Shown here: piece by piece, positions 8,244 through 16,529 of the stretch | Layout of the letters: every line of letters starts with the position of its first letter | How positions within the stretch are numbered: the stretch's first letter is position 1 | Assembly: GCA_963665125.2 (NCBI GenBank) | Contig: CAXXUK010000001.1 | Coordinates: forward strand, 224,001-288,000 | From: an uncultured Desulfarculus sp. | Lineage (GTDB): Bacteria; Desulfobacterota; Desulfarculia; Desulfarculales; Desulfarculaceae | DNA: 64,000 bases | Direction: 5' to 3' | Position numbers and translations under genes: made by a program | Notes under the pieces: generated by a model | What the model was told of the DNA's origin: nothing | Database searches by the model: none | Seen by the model: only the letters and a program-made list of their open reading frames with translations

Positions 8244-10031
8244 CTAATCCTCCGCCGGGTTTCGGGGCAGACGCAGGGTGAACTCGGTGCCGTCCTGGGC
8301 CGAGGAAGCGGCGGTGATGGCCCCGCCGTGGCCCTCCACGAACAGGCGGGCGATGGTGGTGCCCAGACCGGAGCCGCCTTGCCTCTCCTTGGTGGTGTTG
8401 AATTTCTCGAAAATGGTGGCCAGACGCCGGGGCTCAATGGGTTCGCCCTGGTTGTGCACCGTGGCCTGGAGCCAACCCGGAGCGGGCTCGGCCAGCCGCA
8501 CCGTGACCACGCCGGGATGGTGCTCCCAGGCATTTTGCATCAGATTGGCCAGGGCACGGGCCATCTTTTCGGGGTCGTGGCGGATCACCGTGTCCAGCCC
8601 CGGCTCGGCCTCCAGGCGCCAGGCCGGGGCCTCGGGTACCGCCCACAGCGCGGGCCGCGCCCGCACAGCCGCCGAGGCCTGTTCGGCGGCCCTGGCGATG
8701 GTGGCGGCCAGGTCGTGCTCCACCAGGTTCAGGTGAAGCCTGCCTGCCTCGTAAAGATTGACTTCGCGGGTCAGGTCCAGGAGCCTGTTCATGTTGCGCG
8801 CACTGTCGTTGATCAGCCCCAGATAGCGCTGGCGCTCCTCCGACGCGGGTTTTTGGCGCAAAAGTTCGCCGGACAGGGCCTGGATGGGATTCAGATGGTT
8901 TTTGAGTTCGTGGCGCATGAACGATTCCCATTCGGACCGCAGCCGGACCAGCTCTTTTTCATGGCTTATGTCGCGGAACGTCTCCACCGCGCCCACTATT
9001 TCTCCCGCATTATTGCGAACCACTTTAGCATATTTGCGAATGGGGATGGTATGGCCCCCCGGCAGGCCCAGGCGGGCCTCCACACCGTCTTCGGACATGG
9101 GGGCCGGGTTGGGGCCGAACAGGGGGCACTCCATGCCGCACACGTCTAAGTGCATTATTTCCGAACACTTACGGCCGATCATTTCGTCTACGTCCAGGCC
9201 CATGAGCTCACTGAAGCGGCGGTTGGCAAACATCAGGCGGCCCTGGGGGTCCACCGCGAAGAGACAGTCGCTCTGGGTGTCCATGATAACACGGAGTTTT
9301 TGCCGCTGTTGGTCAGTGACGGCCAGGGAGTTGGTCAGGGAGTCGGCCATTTTGTTGAAAGCCGCTCCCAGGCGACCCAATTCGTCATCGCCGACCACGG
9401 CGGCCCTGGTCTCCAATTCGCCCCGGGCCAGGGCGGTGGATGCGCGTTCCAGGCGCTCCAGGGGCCGCACCACCAGCCAGTGCAGCGCGCCGTAAAGGGC
9501 GCTGATCAACAGGGCCCAACTGCCCAGGCCCAGCCACCAAAAGCTCCGCTGCATCACCTCCAACTGACGGGCCAGATCCTGGAGCCAAAGCAGCCCCACC
9601 AGAGTGCCCACCCTGTGGCCGCCCCGCAGCACCGGCTGCACCGCGGCGAAAAGGGGCTCGGGCCCGAGCCTCACCAGGGTTATCTCTGGTTTGTCCAAAT
9701 ATGACGATAGGTTGTCCACCAGCTTCTGGTCCGCTGCGTTGGGCAGCAAAGGTTGGTCAGTCTGGTCAAAGGGCAGCATGGCCCGCAGGCGGGGGCGCAA
9801 ATGGGTATGGTAATCGCTGATGCGTTTGAGCTGCTGGGGGGGCAGCCAGCGGCCTTCGAGCACCATCTCTTGCGAGGCGTGAAAGAGCACCTCACGGGCC
9901 TGGGCCGCGGCCTCGCCAAGCAGTTCGTCCCTGGCCCGCTGGTGAAACCAAACCCCGGCCAGGGCCACGAATCCCCCGACTACCAGCAACACCACCAGGA
10001 ACACTTTCAGCTTAATGGAGCCTCCGGGCAT
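8244..10031 (-). CDS. Membrane sensor histidine kinase (periplasmic domain, HAMP, PAS, HisKA, HATPase)
   Basis: Two TM segments, HAMP (DELGRLGAAFNKMA), PAS, H-box RHELKNHLN, GSGLG; start at MPGGSIK inferred. Confidence 0.9.
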   Translation of the reverse strand: MPGGSIKLKVFLVVLLVVGGFVALAGVWFHQRARDELLGEAAAQAREVLFHASQEMVLEGRWLPPQQLKRISDYHTHLRPRLRAMLPFDQTDQPLLPNAADQKLVDNLSSYLDKPEITLVRLGPEPLFAAVQPVLRGGHRVGTLVGLLWLQDLARQLEVMQRSFWWLGLGSWALLISALYGALHWLVVRPLERLERASTALARGELETRAAVVGDDELGRLGAAFNKMADSLTNSLAVTDQQRQKLRVIMDTQSDCLFAVDPQGRLMFANRRFSELMGLDVDEMIGRKCSEIMHLDVCGMECPLFGPNPAPMSEDGVEARLGLPGGHTIPIRKYAKVVRNNAGEIVGAVETFRDISHEKELVRLRSEWESFMRHELKNHLNPIQALSGELLRQKPASEERQRYLGLINDSARNMNRLLDLTREVNLYEAGRLHLNLVEHDLAATIARAAEQASAAVRARPALWAVPEAPAWRLEAEPGLDTVIRHDPEKMARALANLMQNAWEHHPGVVTVRLAEPAPGWLQATVHNQGEPIEPRRLATIFEKFNTTKERQGGSGLGTTIARLFVEGHGGAITAASSAQDGTEFTLRLPRNPAED

Positions 10032-10119
10032 CCAGGTCCCTCCCCATGCACGGCTTGGTCTAACTTTGGAGCATACTCCCCCGCTCCGGTGAATGCACCC
10101 CATAAGCCACCCGCGGTCT

Positions 10120-10135
10120 TGGCATACGCGTTGCA
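10120..10135 (+). promoter_or_regulatory. Sigma54 -24/-12 promoter
   Basis: TGGCATACGCGTTGCA, canonical GG-N10-GC, about 55 nt upstream of GGAGG RBS/ATG at 10189. Confidence 0.85.
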
Positions 10136-10188
10136 ATTTCTGTCCGGCGACAGGAAACAGACCCAAACTTTAACCGGAGGTTAAACCC

Positions 10189-10611
10189 ATGAAAAAGATG
10201 ACCACTCTCGCGACCCTGGCCTTGGTCCTCACCCTGGCCTTGGCTCTTCCCTTCAGCGCCGATGCCCGTTTCAGGGACACCTCGGCCGGGCCGGGCCCCA
10301 ACGCCACCCTCGGCGAAACCCTGGGCACCGGCCCTGGCTTTGTTGATGAAGACGGCGACGGGGTGTGCGACTGGGCCCAGAATCAAGAGGCCTGGAATCA
10401 GGCCACCGGCGGCCAGTACGGCGAGTTCGTGGATGCCGATGGCGACGGCGTCTGTGACAACTACGCCGATCGTCCCCAGGACGGCACCGGCCTGGGCTAC
10501 CGCGGCAGCCAGCAAGGCGAGTTCGTGGATGCCGACGGCGACGGCGTCTGCGACAACTACGCCGATCGCCCCCTGGACGGCACCGGCCTGGGCTACCGCG
10601 GCGGCCGCTAG
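10189..10611 (+). CDS. Exported acidic repeat protein with three FVDxDGDGVCD motifs (putative Ca/metal-binding)
   Basis: Signal peptide (…FSADA), strong RBS, three DxDGDGVCD motifs. Confidence 0.8.
   Translation: MKKMTTLATLALVLTLALALPFSADARFRDTSAGPGPNATLGETLGTGPGFVDEDGDGVCDWAQNQEAWNQATGGQYGEFVDADGDGVCDNYADRPQDGTGLGYRGSQQGEFVDADGDGVCDNYADRPLDGTGLGYRGGR
10420..10602 (+). repeat. 96-bp tandem duplication (32-aa unit GEFVDADGDGVCDNYADRPxDGTGLGYRG…)
   Basis: Near-identical copies start at 10420 and 10516. Confidence 0.95.
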
Positions 10612-10695
10612 GCAACTGTCCCCTTCAACGGCCGGCCGTGGGGATAAACCGCCCCACGGCCGTCTGCAACCACCAGCCCCTGGAGAAGAAACACC

Positions 10696-12060
10696 ATGCC
10701 GCGATACGCCTCCTTTGCCGCAATGCTCTTGACCGTCTGCGCCCTGTTGCTCTTGGCGGCCTCGGCCCCGGCCGCCTTGTCTCAAACCGCCGATACCGGC
10801 GAAGCAGTCTCCGATTCGGACCCGGCCGCGCGTCTGGCCAAGGTGCTGGAGACTGAACAGCTGTTGGATGAAGAACTCCGGCGCCTGGCCTTGGATGCGG
10901 GGCAGGGGGTCAACTTCACCTTGGCCGCCGGTCAGGGGCTGAGGAACGAGATCCTCTGGAAACTGGTGGATTTCTACCGCACCGCCCTTGCGGAAGACCC
11001 GGCCAACCCCCTGGCGGCAGCCGGACTGGCCAGGGTGCTGGCGGCCCTGGGCAGGGGCGACGAGGCCGTGGCCGCCTATGAACGCGCTCTGGCTTTGAGC
11101 CCCGGCGATCAGCGGCTGACGGCCGAGATGGAGTCCCTGCGCCTGTCCCGGGCCAGCCGCCTGCGCGCCGGGTTTTACCATGGCGTCAACCGCGAGTATT
11201 GGCCGTCATATGGGCGACACGTGTACAAGGTCCACGAGACCACCTGGCAGTTGCAGGCCGACACGCCGGTGGGACAGTTTTGGCGGCTGGGCGCCGGGTA
11301 TTTGCAGGGCCGCTTGCGCCAGGAGAGCCTGTTCTACGGCGACGATGACTTTGACCTGAGCCGCAGCGGTGTTTTCATCACCGGCCAATACCGGCCCCGG
11401 CCCGATTTGAACCTGCGCTTCAGGCTGCGGCGCGAGACCTTCAGCAACGACAACGGAAGCTCCTATTACCAGATGCCCGACGACCAGGACCTGTGGACGG
11501 GTTACGGGTTGTTGCAATATTCCGCCGGGCCATGGTGGGCCAACCTGAGCGCCAGCCGCGAGCGCGACACCTGGCCCATGGTGGACGCCAACACCGGCAG
11601 GGGTGTGCTGCGCCTGGAGGCCCAGGAGCTCTACGGCCTGGCCGCCGGGCGTTCGCTGGGCCTGGGCTGGGAGGCCAACGCCAGCGTTTTTTACGAGCAG
11701 TACGGCAGCGATCGGCCCGAGCAGATCAACATCAACGGCCAGGTGCTGCACCGGCCCGCCTGGCTGCCGGAACTGCGGATCGGCCTTGGCGTGGGTCACT
11801 ACACCGAAGAGCCCGAGACTCTCTACAACTGGCTGACCGGCTGGCAGTGGGCGCCGCTAAAGGGCCTGGCCGTGGATTTATCGTGGCAGTGGGAATACTC
11901 CCAAAAGGAATCCAGCATCCTGGGCCTGGGATCGGCTCTGGTTTCCTGGCAAATCACGCCCGCCGTGGGGTTGACCTGCGTGACGTCCTACGGCCAGGAG
12001 TACAACGGAGACCGTGACGAGTGGTGGTCGGTGGATCTGGGCCTGGAACTGCGGTTCTGA
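10696..12060 (+). CDS. TPR-containing outer-membrane beta-barrel protein
   Basis: Signal peptide; TPR (ALAEDPANPLAAAGLARVLAALGRGDEAVAAYERALALSPGD); aromatic alternating strands; C-terminal LGLELRF. Confidence 0.75.
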   Translation: MPRYASFAAMLLTVCALLLLAASAPAALSQTADTGEAVSDSDPAARLAKVLETEQLLDEELRRLALDAGQGVNFTLAAGQGLRNEILWKLVDFYRTALAEDPANPLAAAGLARVLAALGRGDEAVAAYERALALSPGDQRLTAEMESLRLSRASRLRAGFYHGVNREYWPSYGRHVYKVHETTWQLQADTPVGQFWRLGAGYLQGRLRQESLFYGDDDFDLSRSGVFITGQYRPRPDLNLRFRLRRETFSNDNGSSYYQMPDDQDLWTGYGLLQYSAGPWWANLSASRERDTWPMVDANTGRGVLRLEAQELYGLAAGRSLGLGWEANASVFYEQYGSDRPEQININGQVLHRPAWLPELRIGLGVGHYTEEPETLYNWLTGWQWAPLKGLAVDLSWQWEYSQKESSILGLGSALVSWQITPAVGLTCVTSYGQEYNGDRDEWWSVDLGLELRF

Positions 12061-12256
12061 GCGAAAGCCACCGCCCTGGCAAATCAGTGTCTGGACAGGA
12101 TGAATGCGTCGACCTGCCCCCGACACCCGGTCCATTTCTGAATTAAGCAAATCGACGGAGCCCCTTCGTTAAAGCACCAGTCGCGAAAAAACCGCGGCCA
12201 GGAAGGGGCGGCCTGACCGCGGCAAACATACCCATGGAGGATCGGGTAATGGCGAA

Positions 12257-13510
12257 TTAGGCGGATTGCACCAGAGCCTGGGCAACCACATTGGAAAGAA
12301 ACTCGACCTGGCAGCCCAACTCGTAATGGTGGTTGAGCTTCTCCAACTGCGTGTGGCAGTTTTCGCAGGCCGTGACCAGCACCGTGGCTCCTGTGGCCTT
12401 GACCTGGTCGGCCTTGACCTTGGCCGATTTCATCAGCCAGTCCGGGTCGGCCACCACGCCCAGGCCGCCGCCGCCGCCGCAACACCAGTTGGCCTGGCGG
12501 TTTGGCGTCATCTCGGTGAAGTCCTTGGTGAGCTGGTTGATGAGGTAACGCGGCTGCTCGTAGATGCCGCCGTTGCGGGCGATCTGACAGGGGTCGTGAT
12601 ACGTCACCTTGCCCTTGATCTTATTGGGGTCCAGCTTGATGCGGCCTTCTTTCACATAGCGCTCCATCAGCTCCACGAAGGTGATGACCTTGAACGGATG
12701 CTCGCCGGTCATATGTTTCATCACGCGGTAGGCCGTGCCGCATTCGCAGATCACGACTTCCTTGATGTTGAGCTTGATGGCCTCGTTGATTATGCGGTCG
12801 GCGATCTTTTTGGTGGCAACCGGGTTGCCCACGAAAGCGCCGAAGTTGACTGCTTCGTAATAACTCAGCGACCATTTTTCACCGGCGGCGTTCATGATCG
12901 CCGCGGCCGGAATGATCGAATGCTTGCCGGCCAGGGCCACATAGAGTACGTCGGCGTCGGCGACCTCCATGGGCACTACCTTGTCGCCGCCTTCATGACG
13001 CCACATCTCGATGACCTCGGCCTCGAGGTTGCCGACGGCCTGGGCAAAGCTGTCCTTGGTATTATCAATGTTCTCGCCCTTCATGATCGACATGTCGGCG
13101 AGCATGGAAAGCTCTTCGGGCTCCTTTTCGGCGCCGATGAGCAGGCCCTTGGCGATTCCCTGGATCACCTGGGTGTCGATGCCGAACGGGCAGTAGGTCA
13201 TGCAGCGGCGGCAGCCCGTGCAGGTGAAGGCCGTCTCGTAGATTTTTTCCATCCAGTGGTCGTCAAGCTCCTGGGCCTCGTTGAGCCAGGGCGCGGCCTT
13301 GCCGGATTTCTTGAAATATTTTTCGTAGACCCGCCGCACGTTCTGGGCGCGGCCCACCGCGCTGTGGCGGGTTTCCGGGGCCGAGGCGTAGGCGTGGCAG
13401 GCCTCGATGCACACGCCGCAGCGGGTGCAGTTGTCCAGGTACATTCTCGCCGCCTGGGTCAGCTTGCCCTCGAAAATATCGATGAGTTCTTTTTTGAGCT
13501 TCTGATCCAT
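12257..13510 (-). CDS. HdrD-like Fe-S protein (TmcB/HmcF/DsrK family)
   Basis: CTRCGVCIEAC and CTGCRRCMTYC; ECG; CCG domain YHDPC…WCCGGGGG…TACENC. Confidence 0.88.
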   Translation of the reverse strand: MDQKLKKELIDIFEGKLTQAARMYLDNCTRCGVCIEACHAYASAPETRHSAVGRAQNVRRVYEKYFKKSGKAAPWLNEAQELDDHWMEKIYETAFTCTGCRRCMTYCPFGIDTQVIQGIAKGLLIGAEKEPEELSMLADMSIMKGENIDNTKDSFAQAVGNLEAEVIEMWRHEGGDKVVPMEVADADVLYVALAGKHSIIPAAAIMNAAGEKWSLSYYEAVNFGAFVGNPVATKKIADRIINEAIKLNIKEVVICECGTAYRVMKHMTGEHPFKVITFVELMERYVKEGRIKLDPNKIKGKVTYHDPCQIARNGGIYEQPRYLINQLTKDFTEMTPNRQANWCCGGGGGLGVVADPDWLMKSAKVKADQVKATGATVLVTACENCHTQLEKLNHHYELGCQVEFLSNVVAQALVQSA

Positions 13511-13512
13511 GA

Positions 13513-14226
13513 TCAACCCCTCCTGACCTTGTTGAGAGGCACGGCGAAAAACGTGTGCATGATTTTGCTGAACGGCAGCACCAGCAGGAACAGGTTGGCC
13601 AAAAACACGTGGGTGACCAGCACCACGTAGTGGCCGCCGTCGAGGATATCCACCGGGTCGGCGAAGCTAAGGTGCATCAACCCGTTGAGATAGGCCCCGA
13701 AGTCTTGTTTGCTCAGGACAAAGCCGTTTTCCGACCAGGAGTTGGCCCAGCTGATGATGTCCCCGCTGATCAGGATCAGAAACAGCAGGAACAGCAGCAG
13801 GTAGTCCGACGGCACGCTGAGTTCGCGCACCGGGGCGCGGAAACGCCGGAACAGCAGATACAACAGCGACAAGGTGACCACCACGCCCACCGCGCCGTTG
13901 CCGAGCATATGCACCGAGTCCTCGGGCATGATGTTGATCTGCGGCAGCATATCCAGATGGGATATGATCAGCAACAAGATGCCTATGTGGAAAAGCATCA
14001 GGGCAAGCCACAGCAGGGGCTTGTGTTTACGGACCGTGGGCAGGGTAAAGGCGTCGGCCACGGCGGCCCAGAGTGTCTTGTTTGTCTCCGGGAATATCTT
14101 CAAAGTGAAAGGCTGCTTTGGCGCCTTCAGGATGGAGACGATTTTTATTCCGATCCCCGTGATGCACCAGGCGAACGCGAAGTACACCATGGGTACGGTT
14201 ATGAAATAGAAGATCTGGTCCACCAT
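13513..14226 (-). CDS. NarI-like membrane b-type cytochrome (TmcC/HmcE/DsrM family)
   Basis: About 5 TM helices with His pairs (FHIG/SHLD; THVF/MHTF), RRF…DY and LPFSKIMH motifs. Confidence 0.88.
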   Translation of the reverse strand: MVDQIFYFITVPMVYFAFAWCITGIGIKIVSILKAPKQPFTLKIFPETNKTLWAAVADAFTLPTVRKHKPLLWLALMLFHIGILLLIISHLDMLPQINIMPEDSVHMLGNGAVGVVVTLSLLYLLFRRFRAPVRELSVPSDYLLLFLLFLILISGDIISWANSWSENGFVLSKQDFGAYLNGLMHLSFADPVDILDGGHYVVLVTHVFLANLFLLVLPFSKIMHTFFAVPLNKVRRG

Positions 14227-14245
14227 GGCCGAACCTCCACTGGCG

Positions 14246-14485
14246 CTACTTTTGGCGTTTTACGTACAGCCTGATTACGCTGCCGTCCTGTTCGCTGCCC
14301 AGGAACTCGTTGCCGGAGCTCTTGGCCCAGGCCGGGATGTCCGACAGCGAACCGGGGTCGGTGCTCAGCACTTCGATTACCTGGCCGACGTTGACAGTCT
14401 TGATTTCCTTGCTCATTTTGACCACGGGCATGGGGCAGGCCAGGCCCTTGAAGTCGGCCACTTTATCCACTGCGAAATCAGCCAT
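14246..14485 (-). CDS. tusA: TusA/SirA-family sulfur carrier
   Basis: DFKGLACPMP (CPxP), EVLSTDPGSLSDIPAW. Confidence 0.92.
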   Translation of the reverse strand: MADFAVDKVADFKGLACPMPVVKMSKEIKTVNVGQVIEVLSTDPGSLSDIPAWAKSSGNEFLGSEQDGSVIRLYVKRQK

Positions 14486-14496
14486 TTTTGTCTCCT

Positions 14497-15072
14497 TTAG
14501 ATAAAGAGTTGGATGGAAGAGTCCATGGCGTGATCCAGGAAGGTGGCCACGCCAACGTATTCGATATTGGGGTAGTCGATCATTTCTTCGTGCTTGAGGC
14601 CCATCAGGTCCATCGACATTTCACAAACGTAGATCTTAACGTCGAGTTCGGCAGCGGCCTCGAACAGCAGATCCAGGGTGGGGGCGTTCTTTTTCTTCAT
14701 CAGGCCCTTCATCATCGAAGTGCCCATGCCGCCCATGTTCATTTTGGAGAGCTTGGTCTTGTTGCGGCCGTTGGGCAGCATCCAGCCGAACATCTTGGAC
14801 ATGAAGTCCTTGCCTCCGACCTTTTTCTTGGGATCGCGCAGGGCGGCGGTACCCCAGAAGGTGAAGAACATCACCGCTTCCATGCCCATGGCCACGGAAC
14901 CGGTGGCGATGATCATCGAGGCCAGCAATTTGTCCATGTCGCCGCTGAATGCGATCATCGAAATCTTGTCGGCCTTGCCCGGCTTCATCTGAGCCATCTT
15001 TTCCTTCAGATCGGCCAGTTGAGCCTGCATTTCTTCTTGGGCCATGGGATTGGCCGTTTTTTCACTGGTCAT
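14497..15072 (-). CDS. DsrE2 (DrsE_2)-family sulfurtransferase
   Basis: FSGDMDK, FFTFWG, LSKMNMGGMG, YVCEMSMDLMG. Confidence 0.9.
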   Translation of the reverse strand: MTSEKTANPMAQEEMQAQLADLKEKMAQMKPGKADKISMIAFSGDMDKLLASMIIATGSVAMGMEAVMFFTFWGTAALRDPKKKVGGKDFMSKMFGWMLPNGRNKTKLSKMNMGGMGTSMMKGLMKKKNAPTLDLLFEAAAELDVKIYVCEMSMDLMGLKHEEMIDYPNIEYVGVATFLDHAMDSSIQLFI

Positions 15073-15227
15073 ACGTAGCTCCTGTCAAGGTTATGTCCCA
15101 CCTAGCCAATTACTATAAAGCATACTATTTTAGTAGTATATAAGTCTGTTTTGGTGCGTCCGATTCTCAAAGTTTAAAAAACCTTTTTATGAGTTCTTTG
15201 GGGAACGTCCTTAAAGCCGCTAAGGCC

Positions 15228-15707
15228 TTATATCATCTGCTCTTTTACGGTCTGCATGGCGTTGCGCAAATTATCCAGCGCGGCCAGCACGTCCTTGCGC
15301 TCCTGCGGGTCGAGTTGGCCGAGAATGCGTAAGGGCATCTTTTCGACAAAGGATGCTATCTCCTTGTGCTTGCGCCTGCCCTCGGCCGTGAGGCTCAGTA
15401 AAACAACCCGGGCGTCTTTTGGGTCGTGGGTCCTTTCCACCAGGCCTTTTTGAACCAGACCGTCAACAATGATCGTCACCCTGCTTTTGGCAACTTCCAT
15501 GCTCTGGCTTATGCCCTTGGTCGTCAGATAGCGGTCCTGCCCGAACAGCATTAGGCATTTGAGCTCGGCCTGGGGCAGCCCGAAAGACTTGCACTGGAAA
15601 AGCATTCTGTCCTGACAGCAGTCCATGATTGCGCCGACCAGGTCTTCCAGCCTTTGGGCCTGGAGAGTCAACAAGCCCTCCGTGGTATGTTCAGTAGTGT
15701 CGTTCAT
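15228..15707 (-). CDS. MarR family regulator with four N-terminal Cys
   Basis: wHTH KSRVTIIVDGLVQKGLVER…DPKDARVVLLSLT; DCC…QC…KC. Confidence 0.9.
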   Translation of the reverse strand: MNDTTEHTTEGLLTLQAQRLEDLVGAIMDCCQDRMLFQCKSFGLPQAELKCLMLFGQDRYLTTKGISQSMEVAKSRVTIIVDGLVQKGLVERTHDPKDARVVLLSLTAEGRRKHKEIASFVEKMPLRILGQLDPQERKDVLAALDNLRNAMQTVKEQMI

Positions 15708-15918
15708 ATTATTAACTATTTAAGGCCTATGCAGTGTTTAGTCAAGTATTTTTATCATATAAAAATAATATGAAATAAATGATAATGCTTGTTAAAACGA
15801 TATAATATGATAATCGTACCGTCAGCCGAGCTTAATTCAAACAGAATAATAGTATTAACATAAACATGTGTTATGGGGCAGTGCCGGAGAAAGCCTACCA
15901 AAATGGTAAAGATTAAAC

Positions 15919-15951
15919 TTGACAAAAATAATATATATAAATATTTATATA
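15919..15951 (+). promoter_or_regulatory. Sigma70-like -35 (TTGACA) followed by perfect 18-bp palindrome, candidate ArsR operator
   Basis: TTGACA at 15919-15924; TATATAAATATTTATATA at 15934-15951, just upstream of arsR. Confidence 0.6.
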
Positions 15952-15976
15952 ATTATACGCAGAGTCAAGGAGCGGC

Positions 15977-16300
15977 ATGGACGAGCGGTTTCTGCAGGAA
16001 GCGGCCGAGATGCTCAAGGTCATGGGCCATCCGGTAAGGATAAAAATCGCTCAGAGCCTCGAGGCCGGTGAACTCAAAGTGGGCGATATCGCCAAGGCGT
16101 TGGGGCTCACCCAATCGGTCACCTCCCAACATTTGAAAGCCATGCGGGTCAGAGGGCTGCTCAGCGCCCGCCGCAAGGCGGCCTGCGTTTTTTATTCGAT
16201 CGAGCGTCCGGAAATTTACAAAATCATTGATTGCATTCGCGAAAGCTCCCGGCGGTATGGGGAGAACGATGAGCCTGTTGACACCTTGGGCCGGAGTTGA
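15977..16300 (+). CDS. ArsR/SmtB family regulator
   Basis: LKVMGHPVRIKI…VGDIA…QSVTSQHLKAMR; AGGAG RBS. Confidence 0.92.
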   Translation: MDERFLQEAAEMLKVMGHPVRIKIAQSLEAGELKVGDIAKALGLTQSVTSQHLKAMRVRGLLSARRKAACVFYSIERPEIYKIIDCIRESSRRYGENDEPVDTLGRS

Positions 16301-16529
16301 GGCGCACCCGGTTAACGGTTTTTGTCCTCCTCCGGCTTCGGGTCTTGAATACACTGGTCGGCCACTGACGGGGTGGTCCGGGAGAAAAAGAGATCCATCG
16401 CCTCTACTCAATCTGTTGCCCGACCCGTCCAGGGCCAGCGAGCACAGTTGGGTCTCGCACAACCAAACGCCTCACCGGTGGAGAAGGCGGTAGGGCGGTA
16501 TCAACAATGAAGAGGGAAAGGGTATCGTA

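Noticed and set aside
10032..10166. ORF-track N-terminal extension of the kinase
   Set aside because: Would run across the divergent sigma54 promoter; the TM segment starts just after Met at 10031
10420..10602. Direct repeats as a possible CRISPR array
   Set aside because: In-frame 96-bp coding duplication with no unique spacers and no cas genes
12266..13630. Long antisense ORFs (also 10060-11181, 16404-17609, 31055-32185, 56489-57820)
   Set aside because: Shadow frames of well-supported genes on the opposite strand, typical of GC-rich DNA
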